Shown here one piece after another: positions 1 to 12,409 of a DNA stretch of 64,000 bases. Source of the DNA: Raillietiella orientalis (lineage: Eukaryota). How positions within the stretch are numbered: the stretch's first letter is position 1; each line of letters begins with the position of its first letter. The position numbers were made by a program, and so were the translations under genes. The stretch spans positions 1,364,001 through 1,428,000 of the forward strand of contig JAYWIR010000012.1 of assembly GCA_036172245.1 (NCBI GenBank), given 5' to 3'. The notes below the pieces were generated by a model. The model had not been told where the DNA came from. It ran no database searches and saw nothing but the letters and a program-made list of their open reading frames with translations.

Positions 1-1250
1 CGCAGAGGGTGCACGGCGGCTGCACCGTGGGGGACCCTCGACTCACACGGCAAAGGTCCTCTGCTGCCTGCGGGAGCGCGCGTCGACGCCGGATGTCGCT
101 GGCGAGCAAAGAGTAGGTCGATCCTTCCCTTTCCTCTGCCTTCGAGATCCCACGTTCCCACGAGAACGCGCCTCCGGCTCAGAGCCATCGCCTTGGAGAC
201 GATCGAAGGGTCCCGTCCGCCTTAGTTGTCCCCCCAGCGAACGGGCGTGACTGCCGCCTCCCCTCGGCTCGACGAGATCAAAGAGGTCCTCGCGCGGAAA
301 TGTGAGCTCCGAAATGATCGACGCGCCATCTCCATGCCAGCGCTTCACTTTGACGCCAGCCAATCACGTGGACTTGGTTCCCGCTCGGATTCGTCGCTTC
401 CGACTATGAGAATTCCAGCAGTGAAACAATCGCGACAGGGGGGATCCCAAACCATTGTTGTCGCTGCATTCGCTCGCTGGACGAATTGATCGGCGGGGGT
501 GCGTCTCTTGGTCACTTGACCACCTTCGCCGCCGATGGTGGCATGCGTCGTGAATGGGCACTCAGGGCGCAGAGACAGCGTGGAGAGCAGCTCAGCGCCG
601 CAAATAAGGCGAAGAAAGGGGTCGTCGTCCCAGCTTCGCTCGAGAGTTCTTGCGAGAGCCGTCCTTCCTGCATTGGCGTAAAGGCGCCGCCGCAGGGCGG
701 GGAAGAGGGGAACGGGAATCCCTACCGTCGCTCGTTCCCTGCCCAACCCGGAAACGCGTCCCGAAGGGGGAGCACTCTCCTCCCCCAGGATCTGCTGCGA
801 GCTCGGAGACCTCGACACTCTGGCGGCATCACCTCGGTCTCGTGATCCCGAATTGCCCTGGCTCGGGTGCTCTCGGGAAAATTCCGGAACCTCGGCCACC
901 CACTCCAATCCCAGATCTCGGTTTCCGCGGGACCACGGAAGTCGCATCGGTGTCTTTTGTTGGACCGAATCGATCGGCAGGGGCGTCTCACGCGGCCACT
1001 TGACCACCCTCTCCGCCGACGATGGCATGTGTCATGAATGGGCGGTCAGGGCGCAGAGACAGCAGGGAGTGCAACCCATCTCTCCGAGAGAGGGGGAGAA
1101 GAGGGTACAACAGAGGATCTCCTCTTTCCCCTCCACAAGGCAGGGAAGGAAGGTGCCATCTAGCACTCTCCGGGGAGCGAGTTTCAGGGGGGAGGAGAAT
1201 CAGCATCCTCCCCATCACCTTCCCTTCCCCCCCCTCCGTCAATTGATCAC
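1..1250 (-). mobile_element. Probable 5' part of a degenerate RLE-type non-LTR retrotransposon, running off the window start
   Basis: GC-rich. Two eroded C2H2-like motifs on the minus strand (RPECPFTTHATIGGEGGQVTKRR, RPDRPFMTHAIVGGEGGQV) resemble the N-terminal fingers of R2-like ORFs. Confidence 0.35.
478..1110. repeat. Diverged direct repeat, ~110-140 bp core, copies at ~478-620 and ~961-1110
   Basis: Shared cacttgaccacc...gatg(g)tggcatg-like...tgaatgggc...tcagggcgcagagacagc; spacing about 483 bp. Confidence 0.85.
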
Positions 1251-1299
1251 GCCGACAAACAACCCCCGGGCTGCGGATCGTGAGGAGACTCCAGATAAA

Positions 1300-4200
1300 G
1301 TGGCCCTTGAAAGCCTCCGCCTCAGGATAATGGGTTTTCCGGATCAACAGGGTCATAAAAGGGGGTAAAGATTGCGTCTTTGCGCGTAACCAGGGATTCG
1401 CTCCCCGGCTACGAGGGAAGGGCGGTGTCCCCAGTCCAAAACCCGATGCCAAACATCTTCGGCTCTCGGATCCTCCGCCACCCTCCTCGTGATGCTGCAG
1501 ATGTCTCCTCGCGGGAGGAGAGGAACGACCATCTGTCAAGTGCTCACCGGCTCGGAGCGATAGGACCGATTTCGGTCGTCAGAACAACCACAGCAGCATC
1601 CGACTGTCGCCGGATCTTCAGGCAGAAGAGGATCGGGCAAAATCAATCAAGTTACTTGGAGGTCCGAAGAGTAGCCTTCAGCCCCCGTACCGAGGGGGCG
1701 CTCGCCCGTCGCGGCCTTGAGCCCGTTAGCACCGTGGGGAAGATCACTCTTTGTCCTCGGGGGAAATCCTTCCGAAAATTCCCCGGTGCAGGCGCACTTT
1801 CGAGTGCGGGATGGGTTCCGCTGCTCCTGACGCCACTCGCCCTCGGCTACCCACGTCCTCAGGAACGTCCGACCTCGGAGGCTCCCAGAGCGCCCCCCTG
1901 TGTGTCACGGAAGGCAGCAGCGGCACGAGTGCAGAGGCATCAGCCAGCTGCGAAGCAGGCCGGCGAGGGCTCCGGGAATGCTCTGGGACGGCGAGGATGA
2001 CGACGACGAGGGCGGACACGAGGCTCCCCAGTCCTTCCTCTTCCCCCCTCCCCCGTTTGTTCACTCCCCTGCCTTCTCGTCGAGAGCGCACGTCGAGTGC
2101 TCTTTCCCACCTCCAGAGACCTTTCGATTACGTCAGAGGATCGGGAATTCCGCGCAGCTCGCGCTCCCCGCTGACGTCAGCGGCGTGAGAGCGCATTGTT
2201 GCTCGGAGACGCCTTGTTTACAGAGGAAGCATTTTCAGCCTACGCTCAGCGACGCCTCGGAGAGCGGCGAGAGCGGAAGAGGAGGACGAAGTTTCTCCGG
2301 CTCCGGGTGCCGCAGAGGTGAGACAACATTGGACGCGCTGCGCGGAAATGGGAGGGGAGAAGGAGGGAGACGGAAAACGAAGTGATGCGGAACGCGAAAA
2401 GCCTGTGCGAGAGAGAGCTGCCGATCATGGCTCCCGCTGAAGCGACTCCAGGAGGTGGCGGCTGCAGCCGTTTCACTCTCTCTCCGTCCTGCCCCACTCC
2501 CCTTTCCCTCACATCCGTTGGAAGCCGGTCCGCAACGGCGCGCTTTTCCGCTGCCGCGGAAGCCGCGCCCAACTCGATCCGACTCTGCTCCCCGAAACGC
2601 GCGGATGCTGCATGCGTGCAAGGCGAAAACCGCACGGGCCACGTGGTTCCTGTCGGCAGAAGGAAGACGACGGTCAGGAAGGTCAGCCAGAAGGAGGGAA
2701 CCTCTTCCTTCACGATCGCTGGATTTTATCCCCTGCGCTCCTGCTCCGCTTCCTCTCACTTCCGGCACCTGAACCATCGGAGGCAGTGAACCGCGATCCT
2801 CCTCTGCGGAGGTCACACCTTTCGGGTCCCTCCCCTCCTCGAAAACCTTCCAATGCGATGATCTCCTGGCGGCAGGAATCCCGGCTTCGAAAGCACCCTC
2901 GGATGTCCTCGCGATCGTGGTGAACAGCGCTAGCGGGGGCTCTTCTGCACTGGCGTCTTGCGGGCACTCCAGCGAGAGTCGCGCGCCTTCGGCAGTCTAA
3001 GCCAAATTCTTGGAGCGCCCTTTCGCTTGTGTCCTCAACGAAGAATCCGTGTGGAATTGTCGTCGTTGAACGGGGAAGCGGATCTCTCAGAGGTTGACGG
3101 GAGCTCGTGGTCCCTCTCTTCGGCGCTTATGAGTCTAATGGTCAGTTGCGGGCAAGGGATACTGTCCCGGGACAGCTGAGACGATCCTCGGATTGACGGC
3201 AAGATGGGGGAGGGAGGCTGCACCACCGAAAGACGCGCGCCGCTTTCGGCTCCAAGGGATCGAGGGTCCTCCGCCAAACGAGGCAGAGCCCTGCTCTACT
3301 CCTCGTTACCACATGAGAGATGAAGGCGCTGACGGGAACAGATGAGGAGGGGTCGTTTTCCTCGCGGCGCCAGGAGCAGCTCGCTCGCTTCTCGCCGAGA
3401 GACCGGAGGTCAAGCGCGCGCGCGCGCGCGCCTTACCGCGTCACCACGAAAGCACTCAGAGGCCGCGTCTCGCGTTCCTCCTTTCTTCGCGCATTCGATT
3501 CCTTAGTGCCCAGCCTCACATCCCCATCCGAGCTCGGGCGCCGTGGGATTCGCCCGAGCTCGGATGGGGGATGCCTCGCGAGTCCAACGGAATCGACCAG
3601 GGACGTCTCGACAGCGAGAGGGGGGCCACGCGCTGGCGTGCCCGGCCCGGCGAGACAGGGAGTAGAAGGACGTCACGAGCAGCCGCCCTTCAGGCTGTGC
3701 CACGTGTCCGGTATCGAAGGAGCGTCTGCAGTCCTCGTGAGGAGTCCGCCGCCCGGGCAAAGGTCACCGGACAGGCAGATTTCCGCGGTTTTCGAGTGCG
3801 CGCGGGCAACAGAGGACTGGCTGACTTTCGTACCGTCGGTTGCCATGGCGGTGCGTGACTGAACGACCGAGTACGATTGGGCAACTTGCAGGCCGTGGTG
3901 ACCTCCTGGGCCGCAGGCGGCGGAGTGGGAAAACCAGAAAGTGCCGCTGCAGACCGCATCCTAGCACGATTCAAGAAACCCGCGGAGACGCCCTTTCTCT
4001 GCTTCTTCCTCTGGTGTCCCGTGCAGATGAGCCGATATCTCGGTGGGGTGCCACCATGGAGTCCTCGTTTTGCCGGAAGCCGTCCCTGCCAAGACAAGGA
4101 GCAACCTCCGTGAAAGTCGGCGGGATCAATCAATCGCGTTCTTCGGAGTCGGCCTCGACGATCCTGGACAGCCCACGTTTCCCACTCTACGCCACGCTTC

Positions 4201-4300
4201 TCGCCTCTTTTGGTAAGCGGGGGTGGAGCGGCATCCCTGCTTACCGAAAGGAATGTGGCCAGTTCTTTCATCCGCCCTCGGAGAAATGCGCATGTTCAAA
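1300..4300 (-). mobile_element. Degenerate RLE-type (R2/NeSL-like) non-LTR retrotransposon
   Basis: Eroded motifs in canonical order on the minus strand: IWLRLPKARDS (~3010-2970; cf. WLDLxKAFDS), EDRGSLPPMVQ (cf. QGDPLSPxLF), SLLLADL (~2700; cf. LLFADDL), SGAAEPIPH (~1820; CCHC ETxxH), LPDPLL (~1630; RLE PD), RSRGANPW (~1400; cf. GxRGxW). Many frameshifts. Confidence 0.55.
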
Positions 4301-6659
4301 AGGGGGACTTTGGTAATGCAAATGCACCTACAGCCTCTCCCCGTTAAGTCCTACGAGAGCATCATGGATGAAGCCGCACCGGCGCACCCTCGACAAGACA
4401 ATCCCCGGTGACCTCCTCGATGACTCTCGTTGAAAACACCTCCGTCTCCAAGTCGAACCAAGGCAACCCGTCGTCCACCCGTCCTGGTGGATTCGATTCT
4501 CCCTCGTCTTCGTCACTGTTTGGTTCTTTCATCTTCCTCATTTCCGCGGACTGCCGAAGCGTCCATCAGCTTCGTTGCTCCAGAAACAGAAACTCCAGAA
4601 ACTCCGTTTTTGCTCCGGTTTTGCTTTACACTCTGTACCAAATATCGCATCCCTGCCTTGCAAGCGAGATCTTTCGTCGGTCCTTCTTTACAGGGTCCGT
4701 CTTCTAGAGCTTCAGTGGAAAGCGAAAATATCAAGAACTGATGGTGAGCCTCCCTTCGATCCCCATCTTGAATTACCAGCACCACCTCCTCCTCCGGAAA
4801 CAAAAAAGAAACATCCTTCTGCTCGATTCAAAACGAAGGAAATTTTTGGGCATGCCAATAAAAAGAAAAGGCCTCGGCATGTTCTGCAACGTGAGGATCG
4901 AAAAGGAGGACGGGAAAGCGATTGCCTTGGCACTCCCTGGGCCAAGGCACAAAATCTTGTTGTTGTTGTTGTTGCAAGAGGGGAGGAGTGCCCAAACAAC
5001 ACCTTCGAGGGTCACGGAGATCTCAGGGGCGCTGTTGCGGCAGGCGGACCGGAAGCTGGAGCGTCCCTTTGAAAATTCCACAAACCCCACAGAGCAGCGG
5101 AATCCGCAGCGAACAGCCTCCGCGCTCTCGTGGACGTGGCGCGCATGCTACGTAAGCGGAAAGAGTCGAGAAGGACGCCTTCGTCGCGGGGTGAGAGTGA
5201 CCTGCTGGGCCTTCCTCAGACTGAAGCCAGGGTAAAGAATGAGACAGCCGATGTCCGAGGACACTTGCCAACGACCAGAACAAACGTCTTCGCATGGGGA
5301 ATTGCTTAATGAACTCTTGTGTTCGTGCATCACGATTCCCGGTTTATCCGTGATCTGTTGCAAAAGGCACCCTTCTCAAGCCACTCAGTTTCGACCTACC
5401 GTCATCCAAAAGGCCAGGAATAAATGTACCCCACAGCATTTTCATTAATGGGTAGAGAGCTTCATTCTAGTTAGAAGCTAGCTGATCCCGAAAGGAAGCA
5501 AGAGCCATAAAAGAAACGAACTGGCGTTTGGGTCAAGAGAAAATCGTTTCTAGATCAGACCGACATGCACTCCGTATGGATAATCTCGGCTGGTAATGAG
5601 AGTAACGAGGAACGGGGTACTTAGGTGTAATTATAAACTGAGGAAAGTGTGGGACCAACAGTCTCAGTATTGCAAATTGCGTAATGCAATCCATTATGGG
5701 ATATTAAAAACTCGTTCGCAGAGGGAATCAGAAACAGAAATAAGGAAGAGGTTGTTTTCTCGCAGAGTTCGGATCCTCTCCCGTCGCCTTAGATCGTGCG
5801 TCGAAGGAAAACTTGTGAAAAATCGAACCTGTCGGGCAGCCTGCAATTTGAATACGCGTACGTGATCTCCATTCCAAGCAGCAGCCTCACGAGAGCGGGG
5901 TTTCCAGGGTTCTCAGAATACTTCCCATAGGTGCCGAGATAAAAAGTGCTCGTACCATGCGCCCGATAAGAACGCCTTGGGATGCCCTGCAATTGTTGTG
6001 CCCCTGCGGAGCGAGCGCGCAGCCACGCGCTGGAGCTTCCAGGAAGGCTTCCCGTTCCTATTCACGCGCAATAAACAAGCAGTGGAATCGACAGCTGGGG
6101 AAGGGGGGGGCGTTTTATTTTATTTTGTTTTATTTTATTTTATTTTTTGATTTATCCACCGGGTCTCACCCAAGAATTGCCCCATGGCGCATAGTTTGCT
6201 GTCCCTTTCTCGATTTTGTCAAGTGGGAAATAAAAATACCCTCTCCGGCGGAGTTGTCGCTCGTGTACAGGAATGTTTGAATGTAAATATTTTCAGGTCG
6301 TTACAATAAATTTCCCCGGAACAACCGAGTAATAAATAAGCGTTTGAGCACAGTAACGCAAAATCTGCTCTTTCGAAGTAAAAGTTAAACTGAGAAGCGG
6401 GTTCCGAGTGGTTTTCCACCGATTCCACAAAAACAAGCTCCGAAGGAAAACCCAGCTGATGATGCTTCGGATCCGACGAAAGCGCCTTCCCTCCGTGGCT
6501 AATGATCATCAGACCAAAGTAAAGGGAGAAGGTATCGGGTTGCTATGGGAGAAAGCGTGGATGTCTCCTTTCCTCGGATCTGAGACGAGTCCGATCACGG
6601 CAGAAGAACGGAAATCGAAGTGCTGCAGAAGGGGGAGGGAAGGCCCTTTAGAAGACGCA

Positions 6660-7600
6660 GACTACCGAAAACTTGCACGACAAAACAAGATGATCAAAGA
6701 ACGCGTCAAGGCGCTTCGGAGGCACCGGAAATTACGGTAGCTGGAAGTGTTTTTCGCATAGTTAAAAGATACAATAAAGGGGAGAGAAAAAACACCTGCG
6801 AAAGCACTTGAGACTCGGTCCACGAATACTCTCTCCAGCTCAATCTTTTCGAAAATCACACATAAAAAAAGGCATGATTTAATCGCTGACTCAAGTCGCC
6901 ATGCCGGAAGATACAATGCTCCCTTAAAGTTGGCCGAACCAGATGCACGGGGAAAAAAATTAGCATAAATGCCATACCGCGTAATGGTGATATTCAAAAC
7001 GGAGATGAACGTTCTGGATCTTGGCAACGAGCTCTCGATGAGCAGGGAAAGGGAGGAGTTGCTGGTTTTCCTTCTCGTTCGTATCTGCGGTTCAAGGGAG
7101 TTTCCATGGACCCACCAGCATTTCTGAGGATCCACGGAGTGCCCGAACTTATACCTTGAGAAACTCTGAAGATATGTGTCTATAACGGAAAAGTTCAGGC
7201 AACGGGGCCAGTTCTCGTGGAGCTCAGGCACAACGTGGAAACCCAACACCAAGTGCAAAGGTGTTTTCACATCGTGTGCGGTGTAAATGATCGGTCGATA
7301 CGGCTGCCCTTAGGGAAGCAGCCGAATGACAAATACTCATACTTCCTTTAAATCCCCTGAACTGCGTGTCTTCCGAAATAAGTGCGTGCAACTAACCGGA
7401 ACCGTTTTTCGAATCTCTTCGAACATTTTTCGAACACTCGACGAAACGTCTGCGCTTCTTGTTCAGCCCATTGAGGTTCGAAAGAACACACTCTGCGTAG
7501 CAACCTTCCCGTGAACTCCGGTGCAAGCACCACATCTCTCGCGTGAGGACCGCTCATTCGCCAAGGCATCGCGGAGGACGACTGAGGACGATGCATCAGC
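6660..7600 (-). mobile_element. Highly degenerate 3' half (CCHC plus RLE) of an R2-like element; may extend upstream to ~9300
   Basis: ORF 6662..7270(-) has TPLHLVLG (cf. ETLxHVLG), WWVHGNSLEPQI (cf. GWxVxxEPxI) and FISVLNITITRY (cf. VxDVTVRY). Confidence 0.4.
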
Positions 7601-10600
7601 ATTCTCCATTACAAAAGGGCCCTTCAACGAAGCCTGGGAAATGGGTCGAAAAGTCGAAATACGGTGGAGGAAATGCGCTGTGGATTTTCTGCACGTTCCC
7701 AACGGAGCTGATATAGAAAAGGCTATACGTCTGAATGGATACACGAAACATGGAAATTCCAAGATGAGAACTCGGCTGTACCTATGATATGCCCAAGATC
7801 ACGGAATCGCCAAAGCCTTCCCATGAAAACACTTCATTTTTCCACGGCATCGTGAAACCCAAGATCCTTTATTTCAATCGTAAGTGCCTGAAGAATCGAT
7901 TCCATGCCTTTGAAATGTCTCATCATCCAAAAGGGTCTCCTGAAGACACGGAACCCCCGGCCAAAGTCTCGGCCATGGCACTTGTTAACGCTAGGGGCGA
8001 CGTGCACAAGTGGAAATCACAGCTAGCTTCCAGTGATGGGGGTAATAGAAGGATGCCTCCTCAACAAAAGGGAAGACAGGAACCAAAATCACCTCACTGC
8101 ACTTAGCTATGAAACGCGGCTGCATGCAGTGCTGCTAATGCACAAAGCTTGCCCAAGGAGGAAATGCAATGAATCCGAAGAGAAAACTGCAAATTACTGA
8201 GACAGATCTGTTTCACGCAGTAGTTTTGAACTCCGATAGACCACATCCTATTTCCGCTTGCGGGAGTATGGCACCTGCTTGGGCGTCTGAGTTTATGCTG
8301 TCTAGTCCAGTGACAAAGATTTCAAGACTTGTAATGGAAGCCTTTATAATCCACTTGGTTTCTCTGCTTGGAATTTGGAAGGAAGACACGACCACGGTTG
8401 GCGACAGCCTGGTGCCTTCTCAGAGGGAAGAATTACGGCCTCCGCTTGGAAGTCTTCGAGAACAACAAAGCGCATCGCTTTTTTGTTTTTTGGTCAGCAC
8501 GAAATCACAAGGGTTCAACGATCACGAGCTCTCAATTGGCTGCCTTCCTGGTCTCTCCTTTCAGAATACTCGATCCGACATGCTTGGCACTGCAACGCAG
8601 GGCAAAAAAGGGCGAGAACGCGAGGTTTGAGAATGGACTGTTGTTGCCTTCTGTCACGCGGAAGAGTTTTCCCGTTCCTGCAGATGGAACCGAAGATTCT
8701 TGAGAAATTCTCACATGTGCTCTAGAGCATCCTTCGTGGCAATCTACATTTTTCTTTGTTTAGCTTAGAGAATAACGAAAACGAAGTTTGCTTCGCCTTA
8801 TTGGGAAGCGAACTCGTGCCGATTAAACACAGAACAAAATTCTCGTGCGTTCCATGCTGTCCATGCCGCATCTCGGTGTATTCTGCACTAAAAAAAAAAC
8901 TGATTTCTCGAGGCTGCGGAGGGACGCCGCTGAATGAAGACAGAAGAAGCAAAGAAAAGGAGCGAGGCGAGGACATCGGAATCGGAGACACGAAGGTGAC
9001 CTCAGAAGTTGCGAAGACCACAGCTCACTCCATACAAGACTCAGTCGACAGTACTCCAAGCAACGTATGCGAAAGGGGAAGGGCGCCAACGCCATTCCCG
9101 AAAAAGTGCTCTCGCCAGTGACTCTTCAGTCTCTCTCTCTTCCCCATCCATCAGCAGACTAGGCAGCAAGCAGAACCACTCGGGCTTGGATCCTGGCGAA
9201 GCCGCACTCCGCCTCACGACATTCCGCGAGCCGTACGTCGAATGCAGACAGCAGCAGGGAGAGAGAGGACTCGCCTGACATATTCGCAAATAGGCCGCCA
9301 CGCGAGGACGGCGCGACGGTCCCCTACGGAATGGAAGGGAAAGGATTCTCAGACGCGAGATGGTACGCCCCAGAACTGAAGTGAACGGGTCGGAAGAATT
9401 TCACTAACGGACTAAAGGACGCGGCAGGTGTTGCTGACGCTTTTCCCAATTAGGGAAAAAGATGGGACTACCCAAACGGATGCGATGGCACGTCGAATCC
9501 AGTGGAAAATGAGCTGATTTGATTCATATTCGGAGGACTTTATGATCGCAAAAAACTGTCCACCCTAAACTCGGTGTAGCGAAAATACAAACGAAAATCC
9601 GTGGATTCAGCGAAAAAAAAAAAAGAAGAAAAAATTTGATCACTCATGAGAAATGCATCTCTCGTTCTTTCAGCAAACGAATCCATGGGAAATGTTTCAG
9701 TCGCGCATTTTTTTAAAGAAGCACTTCACCTATGAAAGCGACTTTCAGAACTAGTTCCAAGGAAACTTAAGGAGTATTCCAGAACAGACTTTCCTCCAGC
9801 TGGTGGAGAAATAAGTTACACATCACAGTGTGGAAACTGCTTGTACACCGGTCCATGTGAATCAACTTTTGTAAACCTTCAGAGGCTTCAGCAGCTTTCG
9901 ACCACTGCCTCAGTTTCCCCCCCCCCTCCCCTCCTCCTCCTCCTCCCCCTTCCCGCACGCCACCGCAAGCGATCGACAGCGCTCCGCTTCGTGGCCAGCG
10001 CACACTGGGGACTGACTGCTTGTTAACTTCGAAATGGCACGTTTCTGGTAGCCGTGAGCACTAAACACGGAGAAACCTTTCGATTCTCTTGCGGTTTCGG
10101 ATGCAGTCGGGAAAGAAAGAAAAACACTCGGATGCCGATTTCCTATTGGTAATGAAGCCACTTTGACTTTTGCACGTCAGGAGAACACTTCTGACGCGTG
10201 TTTACACGCGTTTTTGGAGTTTGCAATTTTTCCACAGCTGCACGTCACACACACACACACAAAGGCTTCTTCGTGATTAAAATGTGCGAGCAGATTGCGA
10301 CTTCTTCACGTGTAGCCTAAGCACATATAGGACTATATATAGACGTGTGCTAACAATGGTCTGCTTAGGGTAGAATGCTTGTGATTTATTAATAACCTAA
10401 GCCTACAGGTTGTAGAGATATTTATTAATAACTAGACGCATGCAGTGAATCCATCTTAATTACGGACATTACTTTCATATTTAATTGTGATCAAGCGGTT
10501 GGTGAAACAGTGCAAAAATAGCAGTAGCAGTGCCGTACTCTTTTCTTTTTTTTTTTTTTTTCTCTCCCCCAAGATGGATCAAGCACACGAAACGAATCAG

Positions 10601-12409
10601 ACGCTAGAAGTGGAAACTAGATAAACACCGTAAGCAAAACCATTCGTTCTTTCGTGTCGGAACGTTTCGAATCTGTTTATCAGTCAGTCATGCAGCATTT
10701 CACACATCGAGGCTTGGTCTCTGAGCAGCATCCGTGGGTCTCAGATGGGAACGTTATTCACTGAGTGCAAGGCATCATCAACATGCCCCGCTTCTCTCGC
10801 TGTGCACATCACTTTCGGTTATCTGGAACGCAGGAGCCATGTCCCAGAAATCGCTGCAAGTTTCAAAATGAGAAGGAAAAACGGGAGGAAAAATTTAAAA
10901 GCAGAAAGATCTGTCCTTGATATACGAACACAGCAGAGCGAATCAACAGAATTATCTTCAGCATGAACTACTTTTCACTTTTGTTTCGAGTTTTCCTTAC
11001 GCCGCTTGATTTGTAATAAATTAAGGTCATACATTGGACCCGAGGGTGTGCAAACAGTTAAAAGAATTAATGGAGGCTTCATGCTCAGAAGTTTTATTCC
11101 TTACATTTCGGAGGTTTTTGCTTATCGGGGACGCAATGCAAGACGACAGATTGCACTCGCATGCACAATAGTCAACTCGGGAACGAAAAAATCATCACGA
11201 TTTCCGATCACCCGCCTAAAAACATGGGGGAATCAAAGGAATCGAGGCTCCACGAGAGAGACGGGGAAAAAAAAAAAAAATACAAAATGCCTTACATGTT
11301 GACTGGCAAAAAGAATCTTTGCATTTTGTTCTCTGCATTGCGAGTCACTGCATCCGCACCTTCAACAGGCCACACAATCCGTATCTATTTCGGTGTGACT
11401 ATTGAAGCGCGATCACAAGAACGTCGTTGCCCTGAGCTAGAAGAGAGCCCTTGGGAACACGAAGGTGATACAGAGAAAATTTAGCTTCCTCTCATTTCTT
11501 CTCCTTTTCGTATTCAGCTCTGTTGCATGTAGCTGCAATAAACGCGCAGCGCAGGGAGAAAAAAAAGCTAAATAGCAAAAACATAAATAAAAAATTTCTC
11601 TGTCATATAAAAGTTGGTAAAAGAAGCGTCCAGTTTTTTTGCCTCTTTTGTTACAGCCTTGTTTTTCTACAATGGAAAAAGATAGAAAGCTGATGCTTCT
11701 ACTTCTCACTCTGGTACATAAAGTCTGTATCGATGGTCCCCATCAAAATAAAAAAAAAAATAAAAAAAAATCCTATTTCACTTTCGTAGTAGGCTGATGG
11801 TTTCCGTTCGCGCTCGGTGCACTGGTCTTCTCTCCATTTCTTTTCCTTTTCCTCTTGACGAGAAATGCGAGGTGCTGCAACGCCACTAAACACGTGCTTC
11901 GGACTCATCAGACCATCCACAAAGTGGCACCCCATTTCCGCTCGAGGAATAATCAGCGAGGAGGCTGCATTTACCTCGATACCCCCACCATCAACGCATG
12001 ATTTACATTCACATCCACGGACTCAAACCTTGATAACAGCGCATCCCTGAACGGTCATCAGAAATACGTATGTACAGAGCATCTTCCTAATCCCAAACGG
12101 CACTCACACTTTCGAACACCGCAGCTCGCACGTAACTGCAGCAACCTTCCATTTTCTTAGCTACATATTCCTTGCATCCCAGGCGAAATACAATTCCTGC
12201 CTCTTCCCCAGAAGAGATTTCGGCTAGGAAATTCGTATCCATTAAATGCAAATTTCATCCCTGCGAGAAATGACTTTCATTCAGCGAGAGCTCCTTCCCT
12301 CTCAGTATTCATAGGAGCGTCCAAACAACAACAATGGAAGCAGTCGTCGAATATTCCCGATTAACCAAACATCTTCGCGGACCGTTTTCTCCCGGGCTTT
12401 GTTTTTTCC

